Assembly (NCBI GenBank): GCA_034670305.1
Contig: JAXMNT010000020.1
Location: 61,993 to 125,992, forward strand
Source of the DNA: Deltaproteobacteria bacterium
Lineage (GTDB): Bacteria > Myxococcota_A > Polyangia > Polyangiales > Houyiibacteriaceae
Direction: 5' to 3'
DNA length: 64,000 nt
Shown: positions 51,175 through 61,993 of the stretch, piece after piece
How positions within the stretch are numbered: position 1 is the stretch's first letter
Layout: every line of letters starts with the position of its first letter
Program-made: the position numbers and the translations under genes
Notes under the pieces: model-generated
The model's input: the letters and a program-made list of their open reading frames with translations, nothing else
The model's database searches: none
What the model was told of the DNA's origin: nothing

Positions 51175-53922
51175 CTACGTCGTCGCTTCGGGGAGCCACA
51201 GGTTCAGGATGTAGGGATCGTTGCGGACCCAGTGGAACATCGGTGCGAGTTCCAGCTCGCGCACCAGATCTGCGACCGCGAGCAACATCTCGTTCTCCCG
51301 AAACCGGAGCCCATGCGGATGGGGCTGCTGCATCTCGTCGTCGCTCATGCCGATCGCGAACGCGTACCCCTGCCGGCCGAACGCTTCGATGCGGTCCACG
51401 GCGCCATCCGCTTCGCCGCTCTTGTTGTAGAAGGTCGGCCGCGGCCTCGAACCGAAGCGCTCCGCCAGATGGCGCATCAACGCGCGGGCGACTTCGCTTG
51501 CGTCCGGCGCCCACGGCAGGTCTTCCACGACCTCCAGCAGCCCGTGCACCACCCGGACGTCGGACAGGGCAAGCGGCATCAGGCGCACCTCGGGAATTTC
51601 CCCGTCCTCTCCTTCCAGCGGCTCGAGCGCCTCCGGCTCCGAGAACGGAACGACCGTCTCGTCGAAGCTCATCGCCCAGGCGGCTTCGTCGTCGTCTTCC
51701 GGCAACGCCACGCGTTCGAGCGGATCGAAGGGCGCGCCGTCGGCCATCCGGACGAACGCCACCTCGCGCACCATGTGCTCCGGCACACTGGAGAGCACCG
51801 CTGCCGCCGTCACCCGGCCGCCGCGTTCGACGATCGCGCGCCAGCTCAGCCCCTCGCCTTCGAACACCACCCCGGCGATGTCTTCGGGTTCCCACGCGCA
51901 GTGGAGTTCGAGGAGCACTTCGATCGTGTCGTCGCCCACGTTCTTCAGCCGCTCGTCGTCCAGCCCGCCCGGAGGAAGCATCCGCGGACCGGCAGAGACG
52001 GCGGGCCGCCGCATCACCAGCTCGTCGTGCACACACGGTGGCAACCCGGCCCGTCCCACCGCGCGCGCCAGCACGTCTTCCACCCACGCCGCGGACGGCG
52101 CCTCACGGGTCCACTCCCCGAACATGTACACCGGGATGTCGAGCTGGTTCATGTGCGGACTGATCGTGGAGAGGATGTTCCACTGCCGGATGCGGTCCAG
52201 GGTCTCGGGCGCGAGTGCGCGCTCGGAGAAACTGTCTTCGCGAAGATCGACCTTTCGGAACTCGAGCTCCGCGACCCAGTACCGGAGCGCGCCCTGCGCG
52301 GCGGCGGCCGTACGCACCGCCGGGTCGCAGACGAACGCCAACAGCGCAGCCTCGCGCGCGCGGTTCCAGGCATCCGAGATCGACGGGTCGGGTGCGAGCA
52401 GCGCGCGCACCACGTCGGCGTCGAGGGCGTGCGGAGACTCCGAGCGTTCGAACGCCGCGGACAAGGTCTCTGGCTTCTCCGGCCACACCGCGTCCATCGG
52501 CGCCACCGCGCGGCGGCGTTCGGCCGCGACCCACGCGCGGTAGGCGTCGTCGTAATCGTCGGCGATCTCTTTCTGCTCGGCCACGACGCGCGGGTGCACC
52601 GACTCCACCCAGTGCATCAGCTCGAACGCTTCGTCTTCGCGTCCGAGTTTTCGGAGAAGACTCGCGCGCGTGAGCTGGTGGTAGAGGTTCCAGGCGAACG
52701 GTCCGAGCGACTGATCGGAGTACGCGAGTGCCCGCTCGAAGTCCTCTTCGGTCTCGCCGTGGCAGTCGCCCTCGTACGCGAAACAATCGTTGAGTGCGTA
52801 CGCGCGGCAGAGCGCGTCGTACCAGTACTCGGGCTCGAGCGCGACGAGCATCGCCCCGAGTTCCGCGATGCGGGCGGTGAGCTTCGCGCGTGCCTCGCCG
52901 GACGCCGCGTCGCGCAGTTGTCGACTCGCGAACGTGGTCGCGTAGAGCGTCTGGGCGTCCTCGGGGTGGATCATCACGAGGTGCTCCCACACCGGACGCT
53001 GCGCTTCGTAGTCGGCGGTGGGAATGAACGGATCGACCAGCGGACGCCGCTGCGCGAAGAGCCGCCGGCGCGTCGGCAGGTCGAGCTCGAAGCCCTCGAA
53101 CATCGCATGCAGCGCTTGCGTTCGCGGCTCGTCGCCGGCCTGCATGGCTTCGAGGTGCGCGTCGAGCACCCACGCGACCGGCACAGTGAGTGTGCCTTCG
53201 TCGAGTGCGAGTGCGAGCAACGTGGCCCGCGCGTCCTCCGGCCAGTCGCTGGCGTGCGACTGCACGAGTGCGCTGGACGCGGCCGGATCGCTCTGGAGCA
53301 ACGCCCGGACCAGGTCGACGTCGCCGGCTTCGATCCGCGCCTTCGTCTCCGCCTCCGCGCGCTGCGCCGCGCGGTCTTCTTCCGAGGGCCCGCAGTACAC
53401 CGCGAAGGGTGCGTCCTTCAGCGCCTCGGGCACGGTCTCCGGGATGTCTTCGAACGCGAGCTGCAGTACGCCATCGGCGTCGGCGGGGACCTCGTCGAAA
53501 TACACGAACGGATAGGGCAGGTGCTCTTCGACCCAGCCGATCACCTGCCAGTAGTCCTCTTCGCCCGAGGGCACCTCCGGCGCGTCCGGCCCGAGCGCGA
53601 ACGCGCGCGCTTGATCGCTGACCTCCGCGACGAGGTAGCCAACCACGGCCGTCTTCAGGTGCTCGGCCAAGTGCACGGCGAGGCCGTAGTCGCAGGTGTA
53701 CCGGTCGCTGTCGTAGACCCCGACCCAGCCACCGAGCGCGGGGAACACCCCAAGCGCGAGCCGGCCCGTGCTCCAGACCGAGAGCGTCTCGAATGAGTCT
53801 TTCGGCGCGTCGCACGAAGTCGCCCCCCGCCCGGTCCAGTAGTCGCGCACCGCCTCAGCCACCGCTTCGGACGTGATGCCTTCGCGGACTTTGACGTAGA
53901 TCCCGCCGCAGTTGATTCCCAT
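51175..53922 (-). CDS. large hypothetical protein with helical/TPR-like middle
   Basis: 915-aa ORF with typical codon bias; no motif recognised. Confidence 0.7.
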   Translation of the reverse strand: MGINCGGIYVKVREGITSEAVAEAVRDYWTGRGATSCDAPKDSFETLSVWSTGRLALGVFPALGGWVGVYDSDRYTCDYGLAVHLAEHLKTAVVGYLVAEVSDQARAFALGPDAPEVPSGEEDYWQVIGWVEEHLPYPFVYFDEVPADADGVLQLAFEDIPETVPEALKDAPFAVYCGPSEEDRAAQRAEAETKARIEAGDVDLVRALLQSDPAASSALVQSHASDWPEDARATLLALALDEGTLTVPVAWVLDAHLEAMQAGDEPRTQALHAMFEGFELDLPTRRRLFAQRRPLVDPFIPTADYEAQRPVWEHLVMIHPEDAQTLYATTFASRQLRDAASGEARAKLTARIAELGAMLVALEPEYWYDALCRAYALNDCFAYEGDCHGETEEDFERALAYSDQSLGPFAWNLYHQLTRASLLRKLGREDEAFELMHWVESVHPRVVAEQKEIADDYDDAYRAWVAAERRRAVAPMDAVWPEKPETLSAAFERSESPHALDADVVRALLAPDPSISDAWNRAREAALLAFVCDPAVRTAAAAQGALRYWVAELEFRKVDLREDSFSERALAPETLDRIRQWNILSTISPHMNQLDIPVYMFGEWTREAPSAAWVEDVLARAVGRAGLPPCVHDELVMRRPAVSAGPRMLPPGGLDDERLKNVGDDTIEVLLELHCAWEPEDIAGVVFEGEGLSWRAIVERGGRVTAAAVLSSVPEHMVREVAFVRMADGAPFDPLERVALPEDDDEAAWAMSFDETVVPFSEPEALEPLEGEDGEIPEVRLMPLALSDVRVVHGLLEVVEDLPWAPDASEVARALMRHLAERFGSRPRPTFYNKSGEADGAVDRIEAFGRQGYAFAIGMSDDEMQQPHPHGLRFRENEMLLAVADLVRELELAPMFHWVRNDPYILNLWLPEATT

Positions 53923-53998
53923 GCCGGGCAGGCTACCAGCGGTGCGGTCTGTGAGGAGCGCCGAAGCCGAGGTCGAGGCCGAAGCCGCGGGTGCCGGC

Positions 53999-56044
53999 TC
54001 AGCGTTCGATGCGGGCGAGGCCGGCGCGGGTCGCGACCCAGACGCCGTTGCCGTCTTCCAGTACGTCGGTGACGTCGTCGGACGGAAGCCCCTGCGCGAC
54101 GCGCAGATGCGTCCAGGCGCCTCGGCGACCGATGAGCAAGCCGCGCTCGAGGGTGCCGACCCAGAGGGCGCCGTCGATGTTCTGCATCGCGTGTGGGTTG
54201 ACCCAACCGGCGGGCAGTCCGTGGCGTTCGGACTCGATGCGGAACCGGTCGCCGACCCGCCAGCTCAGACCGCCGTGGTACGTGCCGGCGACGAGTTGAC
54301 CGCCCACCGTGCTCAGCGCGGTGACCCAGTCGACCGGGAGGTCTCCGGTGGCGACGGTGTGGGGCTGGGCGCGGCCGGTCGCTGGATCGAAGCGGTAGAG
54401 CCCGTGCAACGAACCCACCCAGACTTCGAGCCGGCCACCCTCGCGGCGGGTCGTGACGGCGTGCAGCTGCGCGACCGGGAACCCGGCGTCGCTGTCCCAG
54501 TTCTGCCACCGGTCGGTCGCGTGGGTCCACCGGGAGAGCACCCGAGAGCTGGTGACCCAGACGTCGCCGCGCGCGTCAACATGCATGGAGGTCACGTGCT
54601 GCCGTCCGGGGCCGCGCGCGTCGTCCACCGGCGCGAAGCGGCGTCCGTCGTGCCAGTAGAGGCCGCGGTCGGTCGCGATCCAGAGGCGCTGGCTGCGGCC
54701 CCGTCCCGTCACCGCCAGGTCGTTGACGCGCCCATCGAGCGCGTATCGGGACGACGCGCGTTCCACCGCTTCGATGCGGCCGTTGCGCATCGTGGCGAGC
54801 CCTCGATCAAAGGTTCCGATCCACACCTTGCCGAACGCATGCGCCAGCGCGGTGACGTCCGCGGAGGGAAGTCCGCCTTCGACGAGCGCGCGACCGCCGA
54901 CCACGTTCGCACCGACGCGGTGCCCGACCACGAGCCCCTCGTGGGTGACCGCCGCCGAGAACGCGCGCAAGGTGGACTCCGGGCTTCGGGACTCGAGGCT
55001 GCGCGCGCCGCCGCCGTAGGTCACCGCGTACACCTCGGGGTCGGAACCCGCGCGGGCGGAGGACACCACGACCCGTCGCACGTCGCGGACCGGGAGCGCC
55101 GCGGCCGCACGCGACAAGGCGTGGGTGCGGAGCACCTGGGCGTCTCGCGCGCGCACCACGCTCAGTCCGTCGAGCGTGCCGACGAGGACGTTGCCTTCGT
55201 GTGCTTCCAGATCCCAGACGTGGTCGTGGCGCAATCCGCGGGTGCGGTTCACGCGGCCGACCACCGCGCCCTGTCGGTCGAGCCGGAGGATGCCGGCGCC
55301 GGCGGAGGCCACCCAGAGTTGCGCACCCTCCCCGGCGCCGACCACGAGCACATCGGTCAGCCGAGTGCGGGCGTGACTCGCGCCGAGTTCGTGGAGGGTG
55401 GTTCGCACCGCTCCGTCTCCCCGCGCGATCTCGCTCAGGCCCGCGTAGCCGGCCGCCCAGAACGAGCCTCCGAAAGACACCACGCGCCGGACCCGTCGCA
55501 GATCGTGGGAGCGCACGACCCGAAGGACGCCGCTCGGCAGCGCCTCGAGTTCGGCGAGTCCCTCGACCGCCCCGACGAACACCACCGCGGTTTCCGAAGA
55601 AGGCACTGCGGTTTCCGGCGAAGGCACTGCGCCTTCCGAAGACGGCACCGAAGCGAGCACCGACACCGAACGCAGCCGCGCACCGGGCAACCCGTCTGCG
55701 ACGCCGAGGCGTTGCACGACCCGGCCCTGACGCACGACGAGCAGTCCGCCGGAGGTGGCCAACAAGGTGCGGTCGCCGAGAGCGGCGACGTCGTGCACCT
55801 CGGAGTCTGCCCCGATGGTCTGCACCACGTGCTGCGCGGCGGTCGGCGCACAGAGCCCGAACGTGCCTCCGAGCAGGACGAACGCGATCCAGGCGATCCG
55901 GCCGGGACGCGTCGGGTTCACACGGCGTCGGGTCGCGCGGGGCTTGGTCGCACGGGGCTTGGTCGCACGGGGCTTGGTCGCACCGGTCGGTTGGGTCGCG
56001 CGGGGTCGGGTCCCGCAGGGTCGCGTCACTCGGCGGCGGGTCAC
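53999..56044 (-). CDS. exported beta-propeller protein (two-component-regulator-propeller-like repeats)
   Basis: repeated W[IV][GA]T..GL and GLP..[DW]V blades; GTGA overlap; N-terminal RATKP repeats. Confidence 0.8.
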   Translation of the reverse strand: MTRRRVTRPCGTRPRATQPTGATKPRATKPRATKPRATRRRVNPTRPGRIAWIAFVLLGGTFGLCAPTAAQHVVQTIGADSEVHDVAALGDRTLLATSGGLLVVRQGRVVQRLGVADGLPGARLRSVSVLASVPSSEGAVPSPETAVPSSETAVVFVGAVEGLAELEALPSGVLRVVRSHDLRRVRRVVSFGGSFWAAGYAGLSEIARGDGAVRTTLHELGASHARTRLTDVLVVGAGEGAQLWVASAGAGILRLDRQGAVVGRVNRTRGLRHDHVWDLEAHEGNVLVGTLDGLSVVRARDAQVLRTHALSRAAAALPVRDVRRVVVSSARAGSDPEVYAVTYGGGARSLESRSPESTLRAFSAAVTHEGLVVGHRVGANVVGGRALVEGGLPSADVTALAHAFGKVWIGTFDRGLATMRNGRIEAVERASSRYALDGRVNDLAVTGRGRSQRLWIATDRGLYWHDGRRFAPVDDARGPGRQHVTSMHVDARGDVWVTSSRVLSRWTHATDRWQNWDSDAGFPVAQLHAVTTRREGGRLEVWVGSLHGLYRFDPATGRAQPHTVATGDLPVDWVTALSTVGGQLVAGTYHGGLSWRVGDRFRIESERHGLPAGWVNPHAMQNIDGALWVGTLERGLLIGRRGAWTHLRVAQGLPSDDVTDVLEDGNGVWVATRAGLARIER

Positions 56045-59000
56045 AGCGTCACCGCCTGGCTGCGCACGTTGGCCGCGAGGTCGACCACGACGAGCGTACC
56101 CGCCGCCGCATGTCCGTCCGGAAGCTCGACTTCCCAGACGCCCGGTCCCGCGAGTTCGAGCGGCAGCACCTCGTCGCCCACCCGGAGCTCCACCCGGCGG
56201 GCATCGTGCAACATCTGCGCGCGGGCTTCGGTCAGGTCCGATCGCCGGGTGCCGACCTGTTCGAGGTCTGCGTCGGTGACCACCTGGGTCGCGCGCAACA
56301 CCGTCCGGCCGCCGCGCTGCACGAGCTCCACTTCGAAGACGGGCGCGCTCTCGTCCACCGTGTACCAGACCCGCAGGTGTTCGGACTCACCGTCGGCGTG
56401 CGTGATGAGGATCTCGACCGGGAACGTGCCTTCGGTCGCATCCGACGGCACCAGGAACCGGCCGCTCCACATCTCGAGCTCCGGCTCCCACACCGCGCTG
56501 ACCGTCTCCCCGAACGGAAGCACCAACGTCACCTCGCGCGCGTCGCGCGGCGCCGGCACTCGAACCTCCGGGTCGCCGGGCAGCGAGCGGGCGGGGCTGA
56601 TGCTGCTGCGCGATTGGGCTTCGGCTTCGGCGACCTCGCGTCGCTCGACCGCCACGAAGCTCGTCCACTGGGTGACCATCGAGTGCCGCAGGCCGAGCAG
56701 CGTCACCTCTTCGATGAGCGCCGGATCGTCTCGCAGGGTCAGTCGGCTCATGCGGTCTTTCACCGCGGCGCGGGCCCACAGCGTCGACTGAGACGCTGTG
56801 TCGGCGGCGGACACATCGGTCTTCGGCAGCCGCACCGTGAACGCACGCTCGTAGCGCTGGCCGTTCATCGTGCCGCGCACCCGGACTCGGGCGCTGCCGC
56901 CTTCGTCGAACCGGCCGTGCAAGACGAGCGGCCGTCCCGCGAAGAGATCCGGGGTGCGGCGCGGGTAGACGTCCTGCACATCGAGTCCGGCCCAGTCGAT
57001 CTCGACATCGGTGAACACCGGCCGCGCGATGAGTCCGCTGAACCGCGTGCCCACCGCTTCGGGATCTTCACCGAGCGACGCGAACATCGCGCTGCCCCGG
57101 CCGACCTCGGTCGCGCGGTCGAGCAAGAAGCGGTTCACCGCGCCACCGACACCGAGCGCGTAGAGCCGGGCGTCCCCGAGGTCCGCGGTGAGCGCGCGCA
57201 GCACGTCGGACTCGTTGCCGATGTACCCGTCGGTCAAGAGCACCACGATGCGCAATCGGGACGCCCCTTCGGCGCGGGCGCGGAGCGCGGTCTGGAGCGC
57301 CGGCACCATGTGGGTGCTGCCCACGGTGTCGAGTCCGTCGAGCATCGCGAACGCGCGCGCCTGCAGGTCGTCGTCGACCGGCTGCGGCACCTCGGCCAGG
57401 GACTCGACCTGGTCACTGAAGGTGAGCACGTTCATCGCGTCCTCCGGTCCCAGCGTCTCGATCACCGTCCGCATCACCGCGCGGGCTTGGTCCATCGCCG
57501 CCCCGCGCATCGAGCTGCTGCGGTCGAGCACGAAGGTCACTTCGCGCGGCGCGGCATGCACGTCGGTGCTGAGCTCGAGATCGGGCGGCTGCACGAGCAA
57601 CGAGAAGTAGCCGTTGGCGCTTCCGTCGTCGTCGGGACCGACCGGCGCCCGGTGCGCGAAGAGGGTCGCATCCGGGAGTGCGCCGCCCACGCGGTAGCGG
57701 AGCACGAAGTCGCGGTCGGTCGCGGCGGTCTCCTCGAGGGTGATCTGCGCGCGGCGGTCGCCGTCCTGCTGCACCGCCACCTGGTGGCTGGGGGATTCGA
57801 CGTGCGTGACCGCCAGGCCGGCGTCGAGCGCGACCCGCAGGTTCACCGAATCTGCGCGCCGGCGGGTCTCGGTGACGTCTTCCGCATCACCAGCGGTCGA
57901 CGGAGTGGGCGGCGCGCTCATCGGAAAGACGAGTTCGTACGCGCCCTGATCGAACGGCAGCGTCTGCACGTACTCGAGCTTCACTTCGATGCGCTCGAAG
58001 GGTTGGATGTTCGCGACGCGCTGCACGAAGAGGTTCGGGCGCTGCTGCTCGAGGAGCGCCGCACGGCGTCCTTCGGCGCGGGCTTCGTTGTATTCCTGGC
58101 GGGCCTGCTGGCGACGTCGAATCTGTCCCTGCACGACACGGTCCCCGATGCGCATCTCCATCGCGTCGACCGCCGCCTGGTCCGGGAGGGGAAAGAGGTA
58201 CTTCGCTTCGATGGCGTGTTCGTGCGGGTTCTCGAACGTCTGGGTCACCGCGACGCGCGCGACGAAGCCGGTGACCGTGGCCTCGACGTTCACATCGATC
58301 TGCGGAAGGTCCGAGTCGAGCAACGTGTCCGCGACTTCGCCCTCGTCTTCTCCTTCGGCGGGCGCCGGAACGGCGTCGGTGGCTTCTACACCTTCTTCCG
58401 GGGCACCTTCCTCCGGCACATCGTCCATCAGACCGGCGACGCGCAACGTGCCGCGGCCCGGTCGGTCGAGACTCGCGAGGAGCTGCGGCGACACGGTGCC
58501 CGCCCCTTCGACGAGACCCGCGTGCTGGGCGTTGCCGCCCCACATGTGCCAGCCGTCGAGCGCGGCGTCGCCGATCTCGAGACCGATGAGCCGACCGGCG
58601 CCGGTCGCGACGTACACCCAGCCCTGGGCGACGATGGGCTGGAAGACGATCGGTTCGCCGATGTCGTAGCCGCGGATCGTCATGCCGGTGTCGATGTCGG
58701 TGAAGTAGAGGTGGCCGTCGACGGTGCCGTAGACCAGCTGCGAGCCGATGACCGCCGGCGGCGAGATCGTCTGCGCGTCGCCCGCGTTGGGATCGCGCCG
58801 GGTCCACACGGTCTCTCCGGTGCGGATGTCCCGCGCCCGCAGCTCGTTGCCCACCGCGACATACGCGCGGCCATCGGCGACCGCCGGAGAGCTGCCCTGA
58901 AACGCCCAGCCGGACGCCACGTTGCGAAGCCCCAGGTGCTCGCCGTGCGGCACGCCGCCCCACGCGCCGGCCTGACCGGTGGCGAGCGTGCGGTCGCGGG

Positions 59001-60006
59001 AGTTGCCGTTGAGATACGGCGCCGGCACCCGGTCTCCGCGCGCGGTGATCGCACCGGTGCGCGCCGAGAGCACGAGCGGTTCTTCGAGGCGCTCGCGTCC
59101 TTGGTCCACGCGGCGCGTGAGCAGCACCTTGCCGTCGTCCACCCAGACCGCGCTCGACGCACCCACGGGCTTGTTCCACATCACGTGGCCATCGCGGGTG
59201 CGCACGCGGTACGCGCGTCCATCCATGGTCGCGAAGTACGCGCTGTCGCCGTGCACCTGCGGCGCCTGGATGATGTCGGCGCCGAGGCTCGTGGACCAGC
59301 GCGGCTCACCGTCCGAGAGGTTGAACGCGCCGAACAGATGCGCGCCGTTCGCGGGGTAGGCGCTGAGCACGAGGTCGCCTGCGATCGCCGGCTGACTCAT
59401 GAGCGGATCGCCGAGCCAACGTTTCCAGAGCAGCGCGCCGGTGTCTGCGTCCGCGACGAAGATCGTGCAGCTCTCGGTGTTGAAGAGCACCCGGTTGCGA
59501 TCGTAGAGCGCCGCCGTCGGCCCACCGTCGGGCGCGGAGAGGCTCCATTGCATCTCGCCACCGAACGCATCGAACGCGAAGAAGCGGTGGCTCGCAAACC
59601 CGCCGCCGAGGAACACCTTGCCGTCGCCGTACGTCGGCGTGGTCAACATCTCCGCGCGCGGGAGCGCGGTCACCCAGGCGCGTTTGCCATCGTCGAACGA
59701 GAAGCGCGCGGTGCCGCCACGCGGAGGGCTCGGGATGCGCATCGGGCGCACTTGAAAGCGGCTCCCGAGGTCGCCGGAGTTGTCGTCGTGAACGCCCGCG
59801 AGCGCGAGCTCCAAGAGCGACGCTTCGTCCATGTCGGCGGCCGGCGCGTCGCCGATCTCCCGGAACGTGTGATCGGCGGGCAGCGGTGTGGTGCGTCGCG
59901 GTGCGGTGCTGGCACCGCCCGAACACGCCGCGGCCACGACGACCCCGGTGGCGAAGAAGGCGACGGGAAGGAGCGAGAGGTTGAGACGGCGCGCGCGGAG
60001 AGACAT
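56041..60006 (-). CDS. lipoprotein with PQQ-like propeller, VIT and VWA domains
   Basis: AAAC lipobox; PQQ-type blades; VTQTFENP..IEAKYLFPLP (VIT); VLDRSSSM and LLTDG (VWA). Confidence 0.88.
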   Translation of the reverse strand: MSLRARRLNLSLLPVAFFATGVVVAAACSGGASTAPRRTTPLPADHTFREIGDAPAADMDEASLLELALAGVHDDNSGDLGSRFQVRPMRIPSPPRGGTARFSFDDGKRAWVTALPRAEMLTTPTYGDGKVFLGGGFASHRFFAFDAFGGEMQWSLSAPDGGPTAALYDRNRVLFNTESCTIFVADADTGALLWKRWLGDPLMSQPAIAGDLVLSAYPANGAHLFGAFNLSDGEPRWSTSLGADIIQAPQVHGDSAYFATMDGRAYRVRTRDGHVMWNKPVGASSAVWVDDGKVLLTRRVDQGRERLEEPLVLSARTGAITARGDRVPAPYLNGNSRDRTLATGQAGAWGGVPHGEHLGLRNVASGWAFQGSSPAVADGRAYVAVGNELRARDIRTGETVWTRRDPNAGDAQTISPPAVIGSQLVYGTVDGHLYFTDIDTGMTIRGYDIGEPIVFQPIVAQGWVYVATGAGRLIGLEIGDAALDGWHMWGGNAQHAGLVEGAGTVSPQLLASLDRPGRGTLRVAGLMDDVPEEGAPEEGVEATDAVPAPAEGEDEGEVADTLLDSDLPQIDVNVEATVTGFVARVAVTQTFENPHEHAIEAKYLFPLPDQAAVDAMEMRIGDRVVQGQIRRRQQARQEYNEARAEGRRAALLEQQRPNLFVQRVANIQPFERIEVKLEYVQTLPFDQGAYELVFPMSAPPTPSTAGDAEDVTETRRRADSVNLRVALDAGLAVTHVESPSHQVAVQQDGDRRAQITLEETAATDRDFVLRYRVGGALPDATLFAHRAPVGPDDDGSANGYFSLLVQPPDLELSTDVHAAPREVTFVLDRSSSMRGAAMDQARAVMRTVIETLGPEDAMNVLTFSDQVESLAEVPQPVDDDLQARAFAMLDGLDTVGSTHMVPALQTALRARAEGASRLRIVVLLTDGYIGNESDVLRALTADLGDARLYALGVGGAVNRFLLDRATEVGRGSAMFASLGEDPEAVGTRFSGLIARPVFTDVEIDWAGLDVQDVYPRRTPDLFAGRPLVLHGRFDEGGSARVRVRGTMNGQRYERAFTVRLPKTDVSAADTASQSTLWARAAVKDRMSRLTLRDDPALIEEVTLLGLRHSMVTQWTSFVAVERREVAEAEAQSRSSISPARSLPGDPEVRVPAPRDAREVTLVLPFGETVSAVWEPELEMWSGRFLVPSDATEGTFPVEILITHADGESEHLRVWYTVDESAPVFEVELVQRGGRTVLRATQVVTDADLEQVGTRRSDLTEARAQMLHDARRVELRVGDEVLPLELAGPGVWEVELPDGHAAAGTLVVVDLAANVRSQAVTL

Positions 60007-60303
60007 GCGCCCGCCCACTTCAGGCTCTGTGCCAGAACCGGAAGACCCGATTTTCCTGGGAGAACCGGACGAACCGCGCAACTCAGCGCGTACGGAGAGA
60101 CACCCGTCTGTGTCTCGAGACACGCACCGCGTTCAGATGTTCCCAGTCGCAGGAGCGGCGGGTGCACCGCCTGTGAGAAGACGGACACCGTGGGCGCCAG
60201 AAAAGTGACGCACATGTCCGGGCGGGTTCTCAGAGCGCGACACATTGGCACCCCGCGCAGGTCGCGGGCCGGGGTTTCCGGAAGGGTTTCGGGAACCAGC
60301 GCC

Positions 60304-60319
60304 CGGCATGAGAGTTGCT
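60304..60319 (+). promoter_or_regulatory. candidate sigma-54 promoter
   Basis: CGGCATGAGAGTTGCT = GG-N10-GC with TTGCT; ATG follows at 60331. Confidence 0.6.
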
Positions 60320-60330
60320 CTATCCAAGGC

Positions 60331-60855
60331 ATGTCCAGCCAGCCGAAGCCCACGAAGTTCGAGCTCCCCTCGCCGCATCTGCGGGCGAACTTTCACGAAT
60401 CGCAGCTGGCCGCCCGGCTGGTGGAACGCGTCTGCCGCGGCAACGAGGTCACCCCGCGCATCCTTGGTTCGTTCTCTGGGTCGATGCCCGTGAGCCTCAT
60501 CCGGTTCGAGATCGCTTCGGAAGCTGCCGAAGCGGTGTTCATCGACGCGATCTTCCGGGAACCCGAGTCTCAGTACGTACTGTGGTTCGACGGTGGCGTG
60601 TTGACGGTGCTTCGCGCCGGAGACGAACTCGAAGCCGTCGTCTGGGCCGACGAGATCCGCGCCTCGATGCAAGAGTTCGACATCGATCTCAGCGCCGGCG
60701 TGGCCTCGACCTCCGCACTCGGCAGCCGCGGCAAACTCAGCACGCTTGTGCGCATGTGCGACCGCGCCCGGAAGAAGGCATCCAACCTCGGTGGACGCCT
60801 GGTGATCGCGCACTCCCTCCTCGAAGCCGCCTGCCGAGAAGAAGCCGCCGCCTGA
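60331..60855 (+). CDS. degenerate GGDEF-like protein
   Basis: LSAGVAS...LVRMCDRARKKA..GG resembles the GGDEF C-terminal half; no GGDEF motif. Confidence 0.55.
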   Translation: MSSQPKPTKFELPSPHLRANFHESQLAARLVERVCRGNEVTPRILGSFSGSMPVSLIRFEIASEAAEAVFIDAIFREPESQYVLWFDGGVLTVLRAGDELEAVVWADEIRASMQEFDIDLSAGVASTSALGSRGKLSTLVRMCDRARKKASNLGGRLVIAHSLLEAACREEAAA

Positions 60856-60919
60856 CCACAAGGCTTGGGCACGACCAGGCAGCTGCAGGCTCAGGGTCGG
60901 CGGCTTCCGTCGCTGACTC

Positions 60920-61993
60920 CTACGTTGCTCCCGGGGCGTACGCTCTGTAGAAGCCTCCCGTCGGGTCTGGGTCTTCCATCGCGTCTGCGACCCAGCGAGG
61001 CAGTTGGTCGGAGGGGAGCTGCTCTGCCGTGCGGTGGATGCAGAACCGGCCGTCGGGATCATGCCAGACGTACGGGACTGCCAAACCTCCGACCAGATGT
61101 GGCAAGTCCTGACTTCCACGGAACAAGTCCACGAGGGACTCGGGGATTCGCGAGTACATGTCCCAAGAAGACGGGAGCTCCCGAAACACCGTGGTGTCCA
61201 CGACCCCACCATCCTCACCGCGCAGGATCGTTGAGCGGTCCTCCGTCGTCAGGATTGCTCCGTTTCGAAACGCCTGCTCGCCATACTTCTCCCCGGCGAC
61301 GACGGCGAAGGCGCTCGCCTCCAGCAGATCGTTGGGTACGTGTCGCCAAGTGTTCGCTTGCAGGATGAGGGTGGCGCCCACCTGCGTCGCGTACCAGCAC
61401 GGTCGGAGACACGGCTCGGTTGGGGGGCAGGGGACCAAATCAGCGTACTCGACGTCCCGAAACACGAGACACGCGTAGGAGCTCAGGCCGAGCTGCGTGT
61501 AGAAGCGTTGGAGCGCGAAGGAGGTCGACGCGGGAGGAACGCATTGCGCAAGCACTCGGACCGCACGCCGTGCCGGCAGCCGCCCGTATTCCTCGGGCCA
61601 ATGAGACCACGGACAGAGCGCTTCGAGCGTGGCCGCAGAGGCGTCGCGCACTGCGTGCACGACGCCGTCGACCTCGTCCATCGCGATTCGTCTCAGCTCC
61701 TCGGAGACGATCTCACCGTCGCGTTTCGGAGAATCCAGCAACCGCGCCAGCATCTCGATGCGGGCGTCGTTCCAGGTCGAGCGAACCCAGGGGACCGGGC
61801 GCATGCGAAGAACATCCGAGAGTGACTCTGATGCGGCGGCCCCGGAACTGCGGAGGTCCAGCACGGAACGACCGTATGGATCACAGACCGCGGTGGAGGC
61901 CCCCGCCGACAGCGCCACCTGCATGGCCTCGGGCAGTCCGAAGACTCGCGTGAGGCGAGACGAGAGGGTGTCCGCGCTGGCATCGGAGCTCAT
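60920..61993 (-). CDS. hypothetical protein with atypical composition
   Basis: 357-aa ORF from ATG 61993; visibly more A/T-ending codons. Confidence 0.55.
   Translation of the reverse strand: MSSDASADTLSSRLTRVFGLPEAMQVALSAGASTAVCDPYGRSVLDLRSSGAAASESLSDVLRMRPVPWVRSTWNDARIEMLARLLDSPKRDGEIVSEELRRIAMDEVDGVVHAVRDASAATLEALCPWSHWPEEYGRLPARRAVRVLAQCVPPASTSFALQRFYTQLGLSSYACLVFRDVEYADLVPCPPTEPCLRPCWYATQVGATLILQANTWRHVPNDLLEASAFAVVAGEKYGEQAFRNGAILTTEDRSTILRGEDGGVVDTTVFRELPSSWDMYSRIPESLVDLFRGSQDLPHLVGGLAVPYVWHDPDGRFCIHRTAEQLPSDQLPRWVADAMEDPDPTGGFYRAYAPGAT

Noticed and set aside
55201-60330. Upstream part of the 1884-aa plus-strand ORF
   Set aside because: Antisense to the propeller and VIT-VWA genes; only 60331-60855 looks like a real gene
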